Assembly: GCA_963783375.1 (NCBI GenBank)
Contig: CAWANH010000003.1
Span: 128,001-192,000 of the forward strand
Direction: 5' to 3'
DNA: 64,000 nucleotides
From: Candidatus Eiseniibacteriota bacterium
GTDB lineage: Bacteria; Eisenbacteria; RBG-16-71-46; JABDJR01
This document shows, piece by piece, positions 59,103 to 64,000 of this stretch. The translations under genes and the position numbers were made by a program. The notes under the pieces are model-generated. The model saw only the letters and a program-made list of their open reading frames with translations, searched no databases and was not told the origin of the DNA. Numbering within the stretch: the stretch's first letter is position 1; the number at the start of each line of letters is the position of its first letter.

Positions 59103-59462
59103 TCACCGATTCAACCTCTCGAGGGCCTCATCGACGGTGATCTCGCCTCGGGCGAGCTGATCGAGCACGAGCTCGTTGGGCGTGGGTACGTCGAATGTCT
59201 CGTCGAGCCGCCGCACGATCGCGTTCAGGCGGTTCTTCACCGTGGGATAGCTCACTCCGAAGAGGCTCTCCATCTTCTTGATCGAGCCGTGGTGCCGGAC
59301 GAAGGCCATCACGAGGGCTTGGTCCTCGAGCGGGAGCCTGGCCAGCGCCGACACCTCGAATTCGCCTTCGAGCCGCACGCCGCACCTCGAGCAGACCATC
59401 CTGGAGACGACCATCGGGCGATGGCACTCGGCACAGCTGGCCTTTGAAATATCCACATCCAC
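59103..59462 (-). CDS. DUF2089 family protein (zinc ribbon plus HTH)
   Basis: CAEC..CSRC, GSIKKME..VSYPTVKNRL, GEITVDEAL. Confidence 0.9.
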   Translation of the reverse strand: MDVDISKASCAECHRPMVVSRMVCSRCGVRLEGEFEVSALARLPLEDQALVMAFVRHHGSIKKMESLFGVSYPTVKNRLNAIVRRLDETFDVPTPNELVLDQLARGEITVDEALERLNR

Positions 59463-59478
59463 CTCCTCGAATAGAGGT

Positions 59479-59532
59479 AGAGTGCGCTATTTGATTAACA
59501 AAGTCAAGTGTCAGATTGATTTTTTTAATTTT
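59479..59532 (-). promoter_or_regulatory. Putative promoter of DUF2089 operon with AT-rich upstream element
   Basis: TTGACT-N17-CACTCT with AAAATTAAAAAAATCAA upstream; RBS GAGGAGG downstream. Confidence 0.45.
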
Positions 59533-59778
59533 CTCGGGGCGGGAACCGGTGCGAGCCGGTGCTTTCGCGATGGAGCGGTTGGCGGTCCCGCTTGCTTGTC
59601 GTATCTGACGCATTGACAATGCGTTAACAATCGTCGTGGGGGTGGTGGGACCCGAACACCTGAAGGGTCCTCTATCACCCCCTTGTTCAACCGACCTCAG
59701 GAGTGAACGACCGGAGCAATGCTCCGGACGAGGTTGGACCGGTCTGACGAGATCGGAATTCCGGGCTCGAACTCGCGA

Positions 59779-60864
59779 TCACCAGGGTCCATCCCTGGAA
59801 ATCTTGACAAATGATTCGCCCTCAAGACGATAGAGTCCCAGATATCCTCCGGCCCAGATCCGGCCTTCCCTGTCCTGAAAGGTGCACTGGACGCCGGGAC
59901 TATCCATGCCCTGCTGCTCGCCAAAATTCGTGAACGCTTTCCCGTCGTATCGGTACAGGCCGGCATGCTCGACCGGAAACCAGATGTTCCCCGCGCCATC
60001 CCGGTAGACGTCCCACACCTCCGTACCGCTCAACCCTTCCTGCTCGGACACATTGATGAACGATGTCCCGTCAAGACGGCACACGCCGGTGTAGTGGGTC
60101 GCAAGCCACATGCGTCCTTCCCGGTCTTCCGCAATGCAATTGACGGAGACGTCACGAAATCCATATTTCTCCGAGACGTCGACCAACGTGCTCCCGTCGT
60201 ACTCGTACACGCTGTGTTCCGCAGCAAACCACAGATTCCCGGCGCTGTCTTCCATGATGCTCCTGACCATCGTCGTGCTCGATACCCCCCTCATCGGATC
60301 AGCCTCATCCGCCGGCGGGATAGCAAACGGGACGAAGCGCTCTCCATCGAAACGACACGCTCCCTCATAGGTCCCGACCCAGATGGTTCCAAGATGGTCT
60401 ACAAGGATGCTCCAGACGTCGTCGTGATTCAGTCCGTCCTTCACGGTGTAGTTGACGAAGGACTCCCCGTCGTACCTTGTCACGCCTCCGGACGTCGCAA
60501 ACCAGACATTGCCGTCCTTGTCTTCCACGATGCCCCTTACCGCAACTCCGCCAAACCCTTCCCGGGTCGAGTAGTAGGTCAGCGATTGCCCATCGAACCG
60601 GCAGACGCCATTCCCGTTCGTGCCGAACCACAGGTTTCCTTTCGAGTCCTGGAAGATCCTGCGTACGAACGCACTGATTGCGTCGGGCGAAGGGTACACG
60701 TCGGGACCGGGGTCCTGGCTTGCAACCAGGTCTCCAGCCGCTTCCCTTGATCCAGCCGTGCTCTCCTGGGGCGAATCGGCAGTCTGGGAGTGCTGTGCGT
60801 GCCGACAGCCGATCGCGCCGAGAATGAACAGGACGGTCACGCCAATTGAGACCCGGTTACCCAA
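59779..60864 (-). CDS. Lipoprotein with two-component-regulator propeller repeats
   Basis: Lipobox AIGC; repeats I.ED..GN.WF.T..G...YDG..F; RBS GGAG. Confidence 0.85.
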   Translation of the reverse strand: MGNRVSIGVTVLFILGAIGCRHAQHSQTADSPQESTAGSREAAGDLVASQDPGPDVYPSPDAISAFVRRIFQDSKGNLWFGTNGNGVCRFDGQSLTYYSTREGFGGVAVRGIVEDKDGNVWFATSGGVTRYDGESFVNYTVKDGLNHDDVWSILVDHLGTIWVGTYEGACRFDGERFVPFAIPPADEADPMRGVSSTTMVRSIMEDSAGNLWFAAEHSVYEYDGSTLVDVSEKYGFRDVSVNCIAEDREGRMWLATHYTGVCRLDGTSFINVSEQEGLSGTEVWDVYRDGAGNIWFPVEHAGLYRYDGKAFTNFGEQQGMDSPGVQCTFQDREGRIWAGGYLGLYRLEGESFVKISRDGPW

Positions 60865-61099
60865 TTCCAGACTCCTTTCCTCCGTACTTCATTTTCACCT
60901 GATGCCAACTTCCGCAACTCCCCAAGCGGTTCTTCATCTGGAGACCACGGCCGGTCCCGTGAGTGAAGTAAGAATGACACACGCAGAACTCGAAGTCGTG
61001 CATAGGCAGGACGCCGACCAGGTGGGACGCGGGAAATTCAGAGTGGCGGTCCCGCGACATCTAGCGTCCTAACGTACTGCAACCAAATAGATTGGGTGC

Positions 61100-61351
61100 G
61101 GCGGCGGGTTATCGGATCCCGAAGGGATCCGGCCCGCCGTCATCAGAAATCAGCGCACCGGAGGTGCGCGCAGTGGTGGAGGCGGCGGGTTATCGGATCC
61201 CGAAGGGATCCGGCCCGCCGTCATCAGAAATCAGCGCACCGGAGGTGCGCGCAGTGGTGGAGGCGGCGGGTTATCGGATCCCGAAGGGATCCGGCCCGCC
61301 GTCATCAGAAATCAGCGCACCGGAGGTGCGCGCAGTGGTGGAGGCGGCGGG
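61100..61351. repeat. 81-bp tandem repeat (3 copies plus partial) containing the tmRNA 3' end
   Basis: GGCGGCGGG recurs at 61100, 61181, 61262, 61343; units identical; TGGTGGAGGCGGCGGG is the reverse complement of the last 16 nt of tmRNA. Confidence 0.95.
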
Positions 61352-61690
61352 AATCGAACCCGCGTCCGAAACCGAATCCACGAGAGTCACTACGTGCGTA
61401 GCCGGATGTTTGATTCTCGCCCCCCGCCCCGCCGACCGGCGGGCTGAGCAAGGGGCCAGCTCCTAAGATCTCGCCGGTTCCCTCGGAGCAGAGTACCCGG
61501 CCAGCCCGCCTGATATGACGGTTCACTCCTCCCCCGACGGACGAAGGGAGGCGAACCGCGCTACCTTATGTTAGGCAGCGAGTGCGAACTGAGTATTGTC
61601 AGTTGCAGTTTTCCTGCCGGTTTAACGAGGTTGACAGGACCTCGGCACGCGCCTCCCGCTTCCTCGACCCCGTCGAAGCCAATCGCCCCC
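61336..61690 (-). ncRNA. ssrA: tmRNA
   Basis: 5' GGGGGCGATTGGCTTCGAC pairs with 3' CGCCTCC-ACCA (G3-U pair), T-arm GGTTCGATTCC, tag frame DNTQFALAA* at 61600-61571. Confidence 0.97.
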
Positions 61691-61989
61691 AAATCGGTGC
61701 CGCGAAGCGGGTGCCGGAGCGCCGCATCTGGCGGGCGCCGGCACCGGGCTCGCAAACTTCATTCTACTCTATCGGCCGGCCGGCCGCCGAATCCTGAGGC
61801 CTCGGGAGGCCGAACACCGGCGCCCGGACTTCCCGGGACCCGGCGGAACCCGCCCACGGACGGGGAGCCGCAAACCACCTGGTCGCCCAAGCCAAACCCA
61901 ATTCCTTGCCGCACAACGAAATACCCGGGTACACCCCGGTCCGGGAGCGCGCCGGCCACCGGCCCGGACCCCAGCGCACCGGCGGCGAC

Positions 61990-62030
61990 AAAAGGAAGAG
62001 CCCCGGCAGGCGCGTCCGCCACCGGGGCTC
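61990..62030 (-). terminator. Terminator after tRNA-Lys
   Basis: GAGCCCCGG..CCGGGGCTC stem followed by TTCCTTTT on minus strand. Confidence 0.65.
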
Positions 62031-62040
62031 CCAGTCGAAT

Positions 62041-62116
<76 letters not shown>

Positions 62117-62271
62117 AGATCAAAACGGAGAGGAAAGCTAGCACACGGCCCCTCGGGTGACAAGAGCGGTCGACGCCCATCGCGCCACCCGCGCCCCGGC
62201 TGCCGCCGGTACCGCCGTATCCCCGGGCCGCGTAAATCGGAACCCAGGCGCCGCCCCGGTCCCGCAGACCT

Positions 62272-62490
62272 CTAGGCGGTCTTCACCCGGTACCCCGCCC
62301 CCTCCACCGCCTTCGCGAACCCGGCCGGGTCCGTGGTCTCGGGGTTGAAGGTGACGGTGGCCGTCCCCGCGGCCAGATCCACCTCTACCGCTCGCACACC
62401 CGGGACCTCGCCTAGCGCCGCCGACACCTTCTTCACACACATGTCGCAGTGCATGCCCTCGATCCCGATCACCTGCGTGGTCACCGCCAT
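62272..62490 (-). CDS. Heavy-metal-associated domain chaperone (CopZ-like)
   Basis: GMHCDMC, GV..VEVDL, AVEGAGY. Confidence 0.9.
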   Translation of the reverse strand: MAVTTQVIGIEGMHCDMCVKKVSAALGEVPGVRAVEVDLAAGTATVTFNPETTDPAGFAKAVEGAGYRVKTA

Positions 62491-62671
62491 CATCGTCTCC
62501 TCGGAGGTCCCGCGAGCCGTCGCCCGCCGTCCCTCATCGTCGTTGTCCGGGTCCCGCCACCGAACCCCGATCCCCGCCCCCCGGCTCCGCCGCTGAGACC
62601 CGGCCGCTCAAGAGAACGCCGGCGGATCCCCTCGGAATCCGCCGACGCGAACTGCGTGAACGACCGCCCGA

Positions 62672-63121
62672 TCAGAAGGGCAGGTCGTCGTCGGCCGGGG
62701 CCTCGTCCCCGCCCACCGGGGCGTACTGGCTCTCCTCGCCTCCGCCGGACCCGCCCGAGCCGCCGGAGCCGCCGTCGCCGCCCCGCCCGCCGAGCATGAC
62801 CATGTCGTTGGCCCGGACCTCGGTGGTGTAGCGGGTGTTTTCTTCCTTGTCCTTCCACTGCCGGGTCTGGAGGGTCCCCTCGATGTACACCTGGCGGCCC
62901 TTGGTGAGGTACTGGCCGCAGATCTCGGCCAGCTTCCCCCACGCCACCACCCGGTGCCACTCGGTCTTCTCCACCCGCTCCCCGCTCTGCCGGTCGTTGT
63001 AGGACTCGTTGGTGGCCAGCCTGAGGTTCGCCACCGCGGTGCCGCTCTGGGTGTAGCGCACCTCGGGGTCCGCGCCGAGATGACCGAGGAGAATGACCTT
63101 GTTGACGCTCCGTGTTGCCAT
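62672..63121 (-). CDS. ssb: Single-stranded DNA-binding protein
   Basis: [20 protein letters not shown], acidic tail DDDLPF. Confidence 0.97.
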   Translation of the reverse strand: MATRSVNKVILLGHLGADPEVRYTQSGTAVANLRLATNESYNDRQSGERVEKTEWHRVVAWGKLAEICGQYLTKGRQVYIEGTLQTRQWKDKEENTRYTTEVRANDMVMLGGRGGDGGSGGSGGSGGGEESQYAPVGGDEAPADDDLPF

Positions 63122-63435
63122 GAGGATTCCTTTCCTGGACGCCCGGCCCGGGGGCCGCTCAGCGTCCGCTAAGACGGGGACCGTTCAGACGGGACCCTGA
63201 AATCGACGGGGAATGGGGTCGGGGAGGTCCTTCAAAACTGCTCTAGACCGTACCGGAGCGGGGTTTTGGGGTCAAGAGCCCCGAGGCCCCGGCGGACGGG
63301 CGGTGGCGCCCGGACCCGGCCGGGCGTCGGGGCCGCCGCGTGAGCCGGCGCATGAAACCGCCCGGCCCGACCGGCCATGCCCGGCCGCCCCGCGAACCCC
63401 CGCGTTCCGGCGCTTCCGAGCCCCCTGGGGGGATG

Positions 63436-63464
63436 TTGTCTCCCCCGGGCGGGGATGCTACCAT
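63436..63464 (+). promoter_or_regulatory. Promoter of tRNA Pro-His-Arg cluster
   Basis: TTGTCT-N17-TACCAT with extended -10 TG. Confidence 0.55.
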
Positions 63465-63513
63465 CGGGGGCCGTTTTCCGGATGCAAGGGTTGCCCGGCC
63501 GACCCTACGACCT

Positions 63514-63590
<77 letters not shown>

Positions 63591-63640
63591 AGATGACGAT
63601 CCGGGCGCCCCGGCGCCGGGCGCCCGGCCCAGGTTTCGAT

Positions 63641-63717
63641 GGTGGATGTAGCTCAGCTGGTAGAGCACCTGACTGTGGCTCAGGTGGTCGCGGGTTCGAA
63701 CCCCGTCATCCACCCCA
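63641..63717 (+). tRNA. tRNA-His(GTG)
   Basis: G-1 plus GTGGATG acceptor, CCTGA-CTGTGGC-TCAGG, C discriminator, CCA. Confidence 0.97.
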
Positions 63718-63750
63718 TTTCTTCCTCCTCCGCCCCGGTCGCCGACTCGA

Positions 63751-63826
<76 letters not shown>

Positions 63827-63878
63827 CTCACGCCGGGCCCCGCCGGCGCGCCCGCCTCGGGCCGCCAAAGGAGACCCC

Positions 63879-64000
63879 ATGGACCAGGACACCGCCCGCT
63901 CGATCTACGCCGAACTGAAGGCCCTCGGGCCCGACGACCCCGATGCCCTCCGCCTCCGCGACGATCTGTTCCTGGTCGCCGTCCGCTACGCCCGCATCCG
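63879..64000 (+). CDS. Hypothetical protein, 5' part only
   Basis: RBS AAGGAG then ATG, open to window end (MDQDTARSIYAELKAL...). Confidence 0.55.
   Translation, partial: MDQDTARSIYAELKALGPDDPDALRLRDDLFLVAVRYARI

Noticed and set aside
59744-59775. Hammerhead-like CTGACGA..stem..GAA
   Set aside because: Followed by GAAC rather than GAAA, stem II irregular, no convincing stem III or cleavage triplet
61140-61150. Hammerhead ribozyme core CTGATGA (minus strand) in the repeat
   Set aside because: No GAAA after the following stem and no stems I/III
61100-61351. CRISPR array
   Set aside because: Intervening sequences are identical rather than unique spacers; no cas genes in the window
61092-61466. 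ORFs with 27-aa repeats ending VVEAAGIEPAS
   Set aside because: Antisense translation of the tmRNA 3' end and the 81-bp repeat; no RBS or independent coding evidence
63601-63627. Palindrome between tRNA-Pro and tRNA-His
   Set aside because: Ordinary GC-rich spacer hairpin, single copy in the window

Overview
High-GC bacterial chromosomal window with about 48 protein genes. FlgD-Ig-type C-terminal domains and a C-terminal SWGxIKxxY motif suggest an FCB-superphylum candidate lineage such as Ca. Eisenbacteria (inference). Core and metabolic genes include PPi-PFK, pgi, fusA (mtEFG1/spdEFG1 type, outside the str operon), trpF, ssb, an RND pump, a nitrilase and a molybdoenzyme pair. The right end holds tmRNA, tRNA-Lys(CTT), tRNA-Pro(TGG), tRNA-His(GTG) and tRNA-Arg(TCT). 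Highlights: (1) a selenocysteine MsrA, split in the ORF track by an in-frame UGA (G-U-F-W) followed by a clear SECIS-like hairpin; (2) three 81-bp structured tandem repeats that re-copy the tmRNA 3' end, followed by a lower-GC accessory tract with paralogous Ser/Thr kinase-TPR genes, a DUF2089 operon and an unexplained structured intergenic element; (3) several divergent or unexplained proteins (AlkZ-like lacking QxQ, an ATPase behind EF-G, a desaturase / GNAT-like / MFS operon). Several single-base frameshifts look like sequencing errors rather than true pseudogenes.
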